From Xylographa opegraphella (lineage: Eukaryota), in NCBI GenBank assembly GCA_022813865.1, contig JALDZX010000048.1, positions 1-64,000 of the forward strand: a stretch of DNA of 64,000 nucleotides, in the 5' to 3' direction. The translations under genes were made by a program, and so were the position numbers. Positions 12,525 through 25,106 of the stretch are shown here, piece by piece (positions within the stretch are counted from its first letter, which is position 1; every line of letters starts with the position of its first letter). The notes below the pieces were generated by a model. It was not told where the DNA came from. It was given only the letters and a program-made list of their open reading frames with translations, and did no database searches.

Positions 12525-13411
12525 ATGTCTGGTGCCAATGCTTCCCCATTCTGGAATCTGCCTCTGGAATTACGCCGAAAGATCTACAGACTCGTGTTGT
12601 GTCCGGAGGATAACAGCATCAGGCTCACATCCAATCAACTACTTTTACCCCTGTTACCCCAGTCCAACCGCCCAATCTACAGATCCATGTATTTTTCTGC
12701 AAAAGGGACTCCGTATTCTTTACTGAGAGTATGCAAGCTCGCATGTGATGAGGCTAAGCCAGTATTGTATTCTGATTGTATGTTTGTGGTGGTCTTGGAG
12801 AATCTAGCTTTTTGTCTCGAATCTGGGTTACCTGGCCGCGGACTCTCTGTAGGGTTGATTGGAAAACTCTGTGTCGAACTCGATCCCAGGTGTTCCGAGC
12901 ATTATAGGGACGATTCGATGTCAGGTATTTCTTGTTTTCGTGGCGAGGCATTGCTGAAGTTCCTTGAATGGTTTCCTTCTCTCCGAGAGTTGAGGTTTCA
13001 ATCTATTGAGACGAGCGTTATGGAGAGGCCTCGCAAATACACATTGGACAGCGTTCAGTCTCGACAGAAAATTTATCGCAAAACTCCGCTGACGACGCCC
13101 TCGACGACATTCACGCGGACATTACAGCATATCGCGCATGCAATGCCAGGTGTGTCTGGACGGCTGGCCTCTTCATATCCTATATACATAGGTCCCCAAC
13201 ACGGTTATGTGCGTCTCGTTATTGATCCTGAACGCCCGGAACGACGAGCTGATGTACGACGTCCAACATTCCTATTCAAATCATTGTTGATTAATCATTG
13301 TATCAGGAAACTGACGCAGACACCACCGGGTATGACGAGAACGCATATAAGTCGCTAATTAAAGCAGATTCTGATGACACTCTATGGCTATTCTTGGATA
13401 CGTCAACCTGA
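12525..13411 (+). CDS. Second F-box-like fungal protein; exons 12525-13253, 13307-13411
   Basis: FWNLPLELRRKIYRLVL and LLRVCKLACDEAKPVLYS motifs; intron GTACGA...ATTAAT...CAG. Confidence 0.75.
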
Positions 13412-14233
13412 CGGAGGAAAGATCACACAAGTCACGGCAGAGAAAGGGAGTGGGGTTTCGGTGGAGCGTTCGGTTTAGGTTAGACAGCGAGCTTTCACAT
13501 GCATGTCGATAAGTTAGGTGTTCAAGTACAAATAGAAAGCATGCTTCCTGGAAAAGCCGTCGAGCATGTCAGGTCCTGATGCCATTCCGCGAAATCTTAC
13601 ACACTACCTTCCTACGCCCTTGCGCTGTCCCGGATATCCTTTTGCACGTGTAGCAACTAAGGTGGTCCCGAAATCTTCATCGTACTATATGCTTGTGATC
13701 TCTCGACCATCTTCCTGGTGTATAAAAATGGGAGCGAGTTCAAAGTGTGAGGAGAAGATAACCCATGAGCCCATGTGGATGTCGTTCTTTCGGAATGGGT
13801 TTATCCGGCTCCGAATCTCCCTTTCCGCAATTATTTTCACCCACGGGGATCACGCTGCATCAGCTAAATTGTATAAGATGACGAAAAGCCTCAGTCGAAT
13901 ACTTCTGAGACTGCTGGCTGCTCTATAATATACTTCCCTGATTTGATCTAGATCTTGAATTTACCTTGTCATCTCTGAGCCTCGACAGCGCATGGGATCC
14001 TCATCAAGTCTTCTACCCTTTTGTGACATTCGACTTCGTGTGCAGATAATTAACTATCTGGAGCTTCCATTGCATTGTTACTCTTGTCAGTTCTGTCAGT
14101 CTACTTCTGGCTATTTCCGTCGTAACGAACGAAGTACACATTGTCTTCTTTATAGGTTGAGCATATCAAATGTCAAGCATTCATCCTGGTGCTACTCAGT
14201 TCCACTATTCCCTGAGTGGCCTCGCCTCAGCTC

Positions 14234-16563
14234 TTACATTTTGACATCGCAAATATTGAGGCTATCTGATTGGCTGATAGACTCCTCTGGTCTCAGATTA
14301 CCTTTGGCATCATGAGTGCTGTCCCATACAGCAACCTCACTGTTCTTGACCTTTACTAGCCGATGCGTGTTTGCTCCGAACTGAAGTGGCAAAACCTCTT
14401 GTCGGATTTGATAGTTACCAAAATGCGGCAGAACATAGATCCACAGCACGTAGTACACTGCGCAAGCGAGAAGACTGAACGATGTGTCAGCCCACCGTTC
14501 TATGTTGCAATTACAGCACTAGTAAAGGACACCGCACGGGTGGGACTTACATCCCCAGCCCTACCACACAGTATGTCGCATACCAGAAGCTAACATCACC
14601 ACCATCGGCTCCTCCGGCTGGAGGATACCAGGGCATTACCAGGATAAAGGCAGAAACCGCAAGATAAAACACGACGGCGATCGTCCAGGCCTTGAATTCG
14701 GGCCTTGGGAGCTGCAGACGAGATCGGCGATATCGGATGATGAACACTCCGAACGTCATTGCGAAATAGAAGAGAGCACTCGGATACGATTGTAGGTCCA
14801 CAACTGGTCAAAGAGATTAGAATACGCCATAGTCGCCACGATTGCGATGATATCGAATACAGCACCGCGGAAGCTTACTGAAATTAAATGCATCGCCTGC
14901 TGGCGGTGCGAGAATCATGAGCAATGTCAAGCCCCATTTGAGCATATATGCTGCCAGGGGAGTCCCGAACGGACGGGTTGAGGCCCAGATTCGTGGATAT
15001 GGCAACACACCCTGCCTGTTACATAACAAGTATCAATCAATTGGCAGAACGATCCTGACTGAGGAGTACCTCCTTACCGTCCACATTCTCTGATCACTCG
15101 AGACGATCCTATAATCACAGAAATGATGTTTCCAAAGGCGCTTATCGCAATGAGAATGTTTAGACCCTTGACTCCACTACCTTCGCCAAACACTGCAGCG
15201 AAGAACAGACTGGCGACGGTCAAATGTGATTTGGCAATACTTTCTTTGGGGACTTTTCAAATTAACATTTGTCAGCGCATATATTCGATCCCTTTCTCAT
15301 GGCATGGACACTCACCTGCCGCAAAGTATGCGATGTTGCAAGTGATGTAGAGAATTCCTACGACCAAAAGAGATATAGGAGCTGTCTTCCTTAGTGTCGG
15401 AATGGGATTCTATCTTGGTTAGGTCCCGCGTTCAGCGCGACCAGAGAGAGTTTTGGTACCTTTGTCTCATTGACCACGTTAAATGCATTCGTGTATCCGG
15501 TATACGCAAAGTTAATCTTTATCAGTGCATTGGCGATGCCGTTCCCATTGCTCGTCGTATCGGCAAATGAGTTGCGAAAGTTAGCATGCGGATCTGCTAC
15601 TTTAGTATGGCCACCCAGTACTACCCAGCCAGTGATAGTCATGCTGTCCCGCTGGTAAGTCGAACTGAACCCGAAGAATCAGCACTACTACTTACAAGAC
15701 CAGTGTTCCCAGCTTCACTACCCCGACAGCATTCGACAACCACATTGAGAGCCTAGTGTTGAATATTACCACTAAGAACTCGTGAGTCTGAGCACTTAGA
15801 CGGAATTGATTGGTGTAATGTACGCAGCGTAATGACGGTCATCGAAGCGACAGCAACGCCCTTCAACTCCCATGGAGAAGGCGTATGTCCGTTTGTCGCA
15901 AATAAATATTCCGCGAGGACTATGAAACGGCCCCTCAGTCTGATATCCATCCAATCTTGCCATCTTCACGTACCAATGGCATTGCTACTGCTGAAAGACA
16001 ACAGGACAGATAAGACTGCGAATGCGGTCGGAAAGAAGTATCTTGGCCGTGGATAAGCTTGTTCCAGATAAACGACTTCTGCGCCCGATCGATTTGGAAA
16101 ATAGGATGCCAGTTCCAGGTACACAGCAAGAGCCGACGCCGCAATGACCAAGCCGATGACCCAGTATATCAAGCTCAAGCCCACTGACCCCAGCGACGTC
16201 AAGATGGTGCCCGCTATACACAATAGACATCTTCAGCAAGCTCTTCGTTTTGCTATAGATACTGGCTTGGGGTGAAAGAGGGTTAAAAGTCAGAATGAAC
16301 GCACGAGTCGAGAATACACCTGTCCCGATCATCTGGCCTATGTTCAGGAATATAATCGTGAACCAGCCGACATTGTATCCCAAGGGAGAACTGCGCTCGA
16401 CAGGAGCCCCAGAAATCTCCTGATACGACGGACCAGAGCCATTCCCGCTATACTCGGTTGCGAACTCGAGATTCTTCTCGCGAATCACATTCTGATCGGG
16501 TCTTGTAGCCTCGGGACCGCCAGCGATGGCAGGGGATTTGCTTTCAAGATCAATCACAGACAT
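14234..16563 (-). CDS. APC-superfamily amino-acid permease, high-affinity methionine permease (MUP1)-like, about 10 exons
   Basis: IGQMIGTGVFSTP, YLELASYFPNRSGAEVVYLEQAYPRP, FAYTGYTNAFNVVNE, RQGVLPYPRIWASTRPFGTP and MPWYPP...FWYATYC motifs across GT-AG exons. Confidence 0.9.
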
Positions 16564-16699
16564 TGTCACGCTTTGCTTTTACAAGCTCGAAAGCGCCTTT
16601 GAAATCAAGAGACGGCTTCGGACTACATACAATCGTGGTGGGGCTCAGTCTCAGACACTATCTATCAGCAGGATATCTCTACCCATGCTATTTCGTTTG

Positions 16700-17145
16700 C
16701 CTGCGTGCAGATAACTGCATATTACGCGATAATGGCATATCGTGCAGCAGTTGCGCAGGAGCGTTTGTGTTACCTTCCATAATCAGTCAAGTGGCGGAGA
16801 GCGCTTCTGATACCATTGCTTGTGCGTATGAATCTGTGGAAATCGTTCGCAGACGAGAGAGCCCAATCGGCTTATCTACAGTGTTGGTCGATGCTGTGCT
16901 TGAATCCTTTACGTGCGCGAGAACTTCCGATTAGCCGCCGCGGTTATCATGTGCCTACCCACTGTAAGCGGCTTCAGCACACTGGAGGCTGATAAGTATT
17001 AGGGGAGGATGATTGGAGACAAACGAGGTCGATAATGTCAAGCCCCTTGGAAATGGGCTTGGATTATCAATCAACTTCGGGACACGTTTTTTCCGGACCG
17101 AGATGGTAACAATGATAGGACGTCGGTACTTATCTGCGATAAGCA
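16700..17145. promoter_or_regulatory. Cluster of GATAA (AreA/NIT2-type) sites upstream of the permease
   Basis: About nine GATAA/TTATC hits in roughly 440 bp, including the inverted pair CTTATCTGCGATAAG near 17129-17143. Confidence 0.5.
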
Positions 17146-17796
17146 CCGGGCCATGCATGTGAGCGACGGAATGAGACTCGTGTGGACTCGGAACAGATCA
17201 GTCTACAGGAAGGAGAGGAAAGCTCATACTGCATGGCATGGGTAGAGCCGGCGCCTCTGGAACAAAAGCTGGTACTTCTATGGAAGTAGACCAACCTTAT
17301 TCTTTGTAACAAGCAGTTTTCTGGTATGACTAATGGCGGGCGTACCTATCCGATGTTGTTATACTAAATGATTCTGTCATGACTCATGGGCAGGAGGGAG
17401 AGGAGCCAGGGACAGATGGTAATACCAAGTCAAGGATGAAGGGTCACCCCCCGAAGAGGCTTGTGTGGATTTTAGTTCTCGTTGATTTGCCTCTCCTTAC
17501 AATATATTCCTTCCTGTGTTCGTCCTCCAGGCATGAATGTCTTTCGAACTTCGATTGTTCCGTTCCCATGAAGAGCCTCGAAATCCCCTAGTGTCGGAAG
17601 AACCTTTGATCCTAGTGCCGGGTAATCTCGTCATTAGCGCTGGGGAATCTCCGCATGTCACGGCACAACAATTGAATGTGACGTCGGTTTGTCACTTATT
17701 GGGTCAATACGACTTTACTAAGATCACCAGAGTAATAGCAGCAACGATGACTCAAAAATCTAACTTTACTTTGTTCATGTTGGGATCACCTCAATT

Positions 17797-19748
17797 ATGG
17801 TGGACTTGGGACAAAACGGGCAGGAACCAGCCGCTCATAGAGATCGCATACCACGTAAGTCACATGTGTATAATCGCCACCAAATTCGAAACTCAATGTT
17901 CTTTTAGATACTCTTCCCACCGTGACCCAGAAGGACATTGAGCGCTATTTGAAGCCAGCCGGAGAAGTTCAATCCAGCGAAGACAGAATAACCGATGGTG
18001 GCCTCCTGCATACAAAAACTGTCCTTGTCTTTTCAAAGGATGATATCGGGAATCCGTACAATTGGTCTCAAGCATGTCTTCCTCTGATCGGTATGAGAAT
18101 ATCAAATGCTAACATACAGTAGCTCAAGAAAGCCACTATCGTCCTTGTCGGGATCACCACGGTACTTAACAGTACGATTGGAAGTTCACTTCCCAGTGAC
18201 AATGTAGCACTGTATGAGCATTTCAGCGTGACCGATGTTGAGCAAAGAGTTCTACCGAACTCAATCTATCTGGTCGGGTACATGCTGGGGCCACTGCTAT
18301 TCGCACCGCTCAGTGAACGCTACGGACGTCAAATTATTCTTCAGACGACCTTTGCTGGGTTCACAGTCTTCACGTTAGCGACTTGTCTAGCACCGAACTG
18401 GCCCGCCTTCAATGTATTTAGGCTGATAATCGGTACCTTTGCTTCTACGCCGATATCTGTCATTGGAGGGTACGTTAAGCAGTCAGGTTGATCTTGCCCC
18501 TGTACCGTGAACTTACGATTGCTACAGACTATACGCAGACCTATATTCCTCAGCTGTCAGCAGAGGCCGTGCCATGGCACTCTTCATGGCCGCTACTTCT
18601 TTCGGGCCCGTGTGTGGCCCTATTATTTCAGGATATTTAAGTCCTTATCGATGGAACTGGCCTTTCTGGTTTGCCTTGATTTTTGCGAGCCTTTCTTGTG
18701 TGATGATGGCCTTTTTACCGGAAACATTTGGCCCAACGATCCTGAAACGTCGCGCACGGAAGATTCGTAAGAATCACCCTGGCTTCAATGGATATACTTT
18801 GACAGAGCTCGAGATGACAACAACTTTCGTTGAAGACATGAAGGTTACACTTGCTCGACCTTTCCGAATGTTCTTTCAAGAGGCCATTGTGCTCTTTTCC
18901 TGTTTGTACCTCGCTCTTGTTTACGCTGTGTTTTACATCTTCCTTCAAGCATACCCACTGATATTCCCTCGTAAGTCTTCACACTCGTTGAATACGTGAT
19001 ACTATGTGGTTAACTGACATTTCTTTTAGCGATCTACGACTTCAGCCTGGGTCAGGAAGGCCTAGCATTTGTCCCGAGTATGTTCACTATGAAGGATCTC
19101 CTTTTTGTTACTAATCGGTCCCATAGTTGCTATCGGCGCCTGCATTGCTTGCTGCATCTACCTGTGTTGGGACGCCTATCTCAGAGCCGCCAAAGCTCGT
19201 GACGCACCTTGGTCAAGCCAGGAGGAGTACCGGCGATTACCTCTTGCATGTATCGGCGGACCGTTTTTCAGCATCGGCTGTTTCTGGATCGGCTGGACCG
19301 CACGAGTGAGACTTCTGGAGTGATATCAATTTACCTCGGAGAAATTCTAACCAGTGAATAGGAAAATATCCACTGGATCGTCCCAGTTCTCGGCGGAATT
19401 CCCTGGGGAATCGGATACCTTCTGCTCTTCATGTCGATATTGAACTACCTGGTTGACAGCTACGAGATCTACTCCGCCAGCGCCCTCGCCGCCTCCACCT
19501 GCGCGCGGAGCCTGCTAGGCGCCGTGCTACCGTTCGCCACCACTCCAATGTACACCAAGCTCGGTGTGGCTTGGTCGTGCAGTCTCGTCGGCTTTCTCAG
19601 TCTGGCCATGTGTATCGTCCCCTTTGCTTTCATCAAGTACGGGGATCGTATCAGAGCGAGCAGCAAGTTCTGCCAGGAGCTGGCGGAGAGAAAGAGAGAT
19701 GCCGAGACGCGCGAAGCGAGAGCTTCTCCGCCGCAAGAGAAGGTTTGA
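17797..19748 (+). CDS. MFS drug:H+ antiporter (DHA1 family), multi-exon, includes a probable GC-AG intron at 18072-18122
   Basis: NPYNWSQ|LKK, GPLLFAPLSERYGRQ, GPVCGPIISGY, LPETFGPTILKRRA, EYRRLPLA and YLVDSYEIYSASALAA motifs. Confidence 0.9.
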
Positions 19749-20340
19749 GGGGATTGGAGCGTGGCGATTGGGTTACCTTGGGCGTTTTATTTTTCGGAAG
19801 GCGTATCGGGTCTGGAAGCACCGAGATTCGAGTGCCGACTTTCGTGATTATGGAACGTTGGTGCAAGATCCGAAGCATTGCGTTGATGTCTGACGTGATA
19901 TTGAAACATTGGCCGAATGGGTCGTCGCCGTCTTGCCTGTTTTGGTCGGTACTTCTCTCGATAATACTGCGTAGCACTCCTGTAGGCGAAACGAATCATT
20001 CAGTAATAGCGGACCAGAATAAGTCAAGGCACTCGTATGGCATAGTAGCCAGGCCTGGTGGGCTTCATCGAGTGATTGGAAATATGAAGGCCAGCGGTTT
20101 GCTCACCAACCAAGGTACTTCGTACAATCTGACGAGAGTCTGACGAGAAGGCGCTTGCTAGGTCTAGGACCTATCCTAGGCTGCAAGGGTTCTAGCCTTG
20201 CCTCTCGCGTCCGCTGCGCCTGCACCCGGAGTCGGAGTTATCAAAGAAATCAGCGGTATCAAATCACGGTGGTACCACAAAACCAAAGCTGACACTGAAT
20301 GCGTGCTAAACCCGTAGAAAACACATATCCCACGAAAAAG

Positions 20341-20445
20341 CAGCAAGCAGCAAGCAGCAAGCAGCAAGCAGCAAGCAGCAAGCAGCAAGCAGCAAGCAGC
20401 AAGCAGCAAGCAGCAAGCAGCAAGCAGCAAGCAGCAAGCAGCAAG
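20341..20445. repeat. Perfect 7-bp tandem repeat (CAGCAAG) x15
   Basis: Counted directly; it produces the spurious LLAACC ORFs. Confidence 0.97.
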
Positions 20446-20634
20446 CATGCTCCCATCCCCTATCCCTAGACTACCTAAAAACCCCCATCGAAACCACCTC
20501 GTCAACGGCATGAGAGAGCCACCGATGAAGCCCAAGTATATACCCCTCCGAGATCCCCAGAGGTGAAAACACACACGCCATCGACCTTCGAAACCATAAT
20601 ACCCAATGACACTGACCCGATAAAGGCCCCATTC

Positions 20635-21177
20635 ATGCGAACACCACCACCACCACGGTACCCGACGTCACAGTCCTTCAGATCGAGAGCTTATAGAGTG
20701 ACACGGTCGTACGCCCGACGAAGCAGCGAGTTTTTCTCAATATGCACAGATCGGGTTATGAGAAGCAGGTACGGAGCCGGTGTGGCTCTGGAGGCGTACA
20801 TGGGGCTATCTAGTTTGCCGTTGGGATGGAGTAATAGCACGCATCCGTCCTCCCTACACTCCCATCCGCTTCCAAGCAGGTAAGCTATTCATCACCCGAC
20901 TCCAGCCCTTACCATGCCCCCCCCCCCGAGAGCTCCACACCCCAGCGTACTGCGTAGAATAGAGCATCTACCTGACCCCTTCTCGCCTAGCTGTATCCGA
21001 AGCAAGACCCGCGACGGTGCTGTGCTACGCAGCGATGCTGTGTGGGACCCGATCGCGCTCTGTACTACCGACGTAGGCGCGGTGGAGAATGAGGTGGGGG
21101 GGCTTGATGCTGGGGAGTTGGTTGTCGGCGACTTGAGGTACTTTATCCTACCAGCTGGGTGGTTGGGTGGATTCTAG
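20635..21177 (+). CDS. Possible orphan 2-exon ORF (20635-20879, 20991-21177; 143 aa) or spliced non-coding transcript
   Basis: Canonical intron CAG|GTAAGC...CCTGAC...CTAG joins two ORFs in frame; no recognisable domain. Confidence 0.25.
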
Positions 21178-21825
21178 GTGTGCAATGGGGCTATTGGCCG
21201 CTGGGACCCGGGAGGGTGGGTGCCTGGGAAGGGTTCTTAGGTACTGCAGCTCTTTTATGTTGCGAGCCGAAGCTTGCGGCGCGTGGGGGCATGGTGTTGT
21301 TTATCGATACAGTATTCCGTGCACCGTCACGTAAACGGTGGGAGTCTGGGACACATGTGTAAGGAGATTGGAGGCGTAGTGCAAAATGTTCATGGGTTGG
21401 ACTGGATACAATTTCTGTATTCCGAGTTTCTTTGTGGATTTATAGAAGCCTGCCTTGATTCTTTTGAAGAATAACCGCCTCCAGGGTTTGTCTCTCTTCC
21501 ATTCCATCACCAACTGCCTCAGTGGACCACTCGGAAATAGACACCCTTTCACTATTAAGATCCCACGGCGCTGGGAGGGCACCGTCTCGTTCGCATCCTG
21601 AGTCTGGTCAATCGTGGGAGGGGTGATTCGTAGAGTGAGTGATTGGACGACCGTGAAGCTCAAGGTCGAGTTGGCAGGAGTAGTTGTGGCGATCGCTCGG
21701 TTTGGTCCGATTCCGTGATAGAATCCGCGATCGATTCGGTGTTATCGAGTCCTCCGAAACTGTAAAGGAGTGTCCCCCATCCGCCATGCCTTGCCATCCG
21801 ATCCACCGGCGTAGCAGCCATGCAA

Positions 21826-22381
21826 TTAGCCTTGCCATACCAAAGCCCTAGGTGCCGGTCTCGCCTCGCCGTCACCACGGTGGACAAGGTCCCTTTGCGC
21901 AGCGAGGCCACGCTCGTAGTCGGAGGGGGTGCAGCGGTCGGCCATCTCGACGAGGCCACGACCAGACCTGTAGCCGTTGACGGCGCACAGCGAGTCGAAG
22001 TAGATGAGGGCGTCTGCTCGCAACCATGTGTCAGTGGACATGAAGGTCGTCATGGAGGGAAGGGCCGGACTAACGAGCTCGCTGCCCGAGTGGGGGGTGC
22101 CCGCACACATTGCTGATGCAGGACTGGACGTCGGCGCGATGGACATGGCAGGCCGTGCAGAGGCCGTAGGTGTCGAGACACGATTGCTACAGCGAGAGAG
22201 AGAGGGACGTGTCAGCTAGGGAGCATTCCCACCCGGCGCAAAAGGACCGCCGGCTTACCAGACACGACGGCACGGTCTCCTCGCACGACACCATGCCCCG
22301 GGCGTTCTCGCAGCTGCTGCCCTCGGCGACAACGACGGCGACGGACAGGGCCGCGAGCATGATGGCAGAAAGCGAGCGCAT
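21826..22381 (-). CDS. Small secreted cysteine-rich protein, CFEM-like spacing; exons 22381-22259, 22186-22075, 22013-21826; 140 aa
   Basis: Signal peptide MRSLSAIMLAALSVAVVVA; introns GTAAGC...GCTGAC...TAG and GTTAGT...ACTGAC...CAG join in phase; 10 Cys. Confidence 0.75.
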
Positions 22382-23531
22382 CGTGGATGGGAGCGACGAT
22401 GGGACTGTCGAGCGCAGCGGATGGGGAGACAGCTGCTTGTTTAAATGGGATTCATTCATTGGGATTGGGGGCCTCGCTCAACGCTTTTCTCGGCAATGCT
22501 GCACTGTTGCTGATTCATGCACGAGCTTGTCTCTCGGACTCGGACTGGCTCAAAGGCGATGATGACGCTGCGTCGCTTGGCACGCCAGGCACGGGTCGGT
22601 GGACCAATCACGCGGAGCCGAGATGACAGGGGGGAAGCTTTCAGCTGCAATCTTCCGTGTGGCTTTCTACCTTACTCCGTACCATACAGAGCTCAGCTGC
22701 AGGCTTGGACGACGGTCTCATGGGGAATTTGCATGATGGACGGTCCTGGTGAAGAGTGAGAATCCCCCGATGCTGATTAGTAAGAGTCACAAATTGCATG
22801 AAAGAGGACGACTCCCTATGGGGGAGGGGAGGCCAGTGGAAATCACTTTTCACCCCCGGTATACGGAGTAGTTTCACCAGGTTTCAGGGATAGAGGATTC
22901 CTTATAGAAACAGTGCCTCGTATTCAGCAGCGGCAGGGAGATCTTCACGCCTGGATACCATGGAATAAGGTGTGGGATCGAAGCCACCGGCGTAGAGAAA
23001 TTGACAGGGCATTGATAAGTGTTCTGCCATCTCCTGTCATCGCGTTCACGACTGGCAGATTCAAACCACATCACTCTGTATCACTCTGTGGTGTGGCACA
23101 AATGAGAATCGGTGTCTTCATGTGAGCTGGCATAAGGTACACAGCACTCTGGCTGTGTAGTAGAAGCTGCAGGACCGAGGACCGTGTTCCAAACGGATTC
23201 TCATGCAGATGACCTTGTCTCCCTCCGTCTGCCTCGATTCGTTTGTCTTTACAATTGACTACCTTTTAATGCTTTATTCGTGTTTGACAGTTGCGACCAG
23301 GTTCTTTATTTACGTGTAGGAATAAAATTTATTTTGCTTGTTGCGGTTTGCCCTCGAAGTTATTTAGCGTGTGTTGCTGAACCGAGTGACTCAACCTCTT
23401 CTACTACAACCCTTGGCAGCAGCATCTCCCAGACCACAACTGATTTGCCAAGTATCCTAACCCCGATACTACCTTTGACCTCATACTCGGTCTACCTTTT
23501 CTTTCTCATCTGATTAATTAATTCGCTCGGT

Positions 23532-25106
23532 ATGGCTGAACTCGATCCGGCGGCTCCACTTGGGGATAAGGGGGCAGCTCTCCAGCCGTGGCAAGGCGAG
23601 CCTGTCGAGAGTAACACCGAGGGCAAAAAGCTTAACTGGAGTCAACGCATCCTCAAGCAGGGACCGTGGGATGAAGTGAACGATCCCTTACCGCTCACCG
23701 GAGCTCCTGCTATTCCTGCGCCACTACATTTTGGTTCCACTAAGAGTCTTGCCCCGCTGTTGTCACATCTGGCTATCCACGGTCGAGAGGACCTCAACAC
23801 TCAAGTAGAGGAACCTAATACATCGGCACCCGCATTAACAGAATAGCCATACTACGGAACGAAGATGCCAAAATTCGAGGCCGGTACCGTCTACGAAGAC
23901 GGCCGCCTCAATGTGTGCAAATTCCCAGTCGGCGCGAAACACATCAAGGACTTGATGGAAAGACTAGACCAGAATGACCTCGTCAGGCACTTCCTCGCAG
24001 GGAACAACCTCATGGGCCGTGCCGGTGCCAACAGCATCGCCGAATTCGTCCGCGCCCACCCTGACCGAATGGAAACCTGGTACATCGCGGGCAACTGCTT
24101 CGACGCGTACGACCTGCGCATTCTGGCAGCCGCCTGGATGCACTCGCCCGTCATCACCAACATCTGGCTCAAGCGCAATCCCTTGCGCCCCGCCGCGCTG
24201 CCCATACTGCGCGAAATCATCACCCACGTGCCGAAGCTGCGCACCTTGGACCTCGACCAGACGGAGCTCGGCAACGACGCCGTCGAGCAGCTCTTCACCT
24301 TCCTCGCGGAAAAAGCCGCCGGCGCAGACCGGCTCGCGCTCCGGAACCTCTACCTCAACGCCACCGGTATCGGCGCCTCCGCCTGCAGCGCCATCGCCTC
24401 CTACCTTGGCCACCCGAACTGCACGCTCGAGTCCCTCTACCTGAACAACAACCCCATCGGCACCAGCGGCCTGCTCGCCCTCTGCCACGGCCCCGCCCTC
24501 GCGCAGAACCGCTCCCTCGTCCGCCTGTGCCTCGCCTCCTGCGGCCTCACCTCCGACAGCGTCTCGCCCCTCCTCCGTGCCCTCACCGGCCACCCCACGC
24601 TCTCCTACCTCGACCTCGGCCAAAGCTACGCCACAGACGACCCCAACGCCCGCTACAACTACCTCTCCTCCACCCCCGCCCTCACCCCCGCCCTCACCCC
24701 CACCCTCACCACCTTCATCACTCAGACCCCCCACCTCCACCACCTCAACCTCGGCACCGCCGTCCTCGCCCACGCGGACCTCGAGCGCCTCGCCTCCGCC
24801 GTGCTGCGCTCCCCCTCCCTCCTCGCGTACGTCGCCCGCTCCGCCGTGCCGGCGCTCAAGACCGACGCCCTGCGTCGGCGCGTCCGCGACGCCGCTCTTA
24901 GGGAGCATCTGTGGCGGAATGTGCAGAGGGGGTGGCCCGGGGTGTTTAAGAGCTATGTCGGCTGGGAGGCGGAGGAGTTGCGGTGGTTGCGCAGTCCGCG
25001 CGATGTGAGGATGACGGATAGCGTGTCGCGGAATAGGGAGGCGGGGGTGGCGAGGAGGGGGAGGGGGAAGGAGGGGGGAGGGAAGATTTGCGGAGGGGGT
25101 TGGTAG
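23532..25106 (+). pseudogene. RNI-like leucine-rich-repeat protein with one in-frame TAG at 23844-23846 (pseudogene, or a weak 42-nt intron at 23805-23846)
   Basis: LRRs LRTLDLDQTELGN, LRNLYLNATGIG, LESLYLNNNPIG, LSYLDLG; the two ORFs 23532-23846 and 23865-25106 are in the same frame. Confidence 0.65.
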
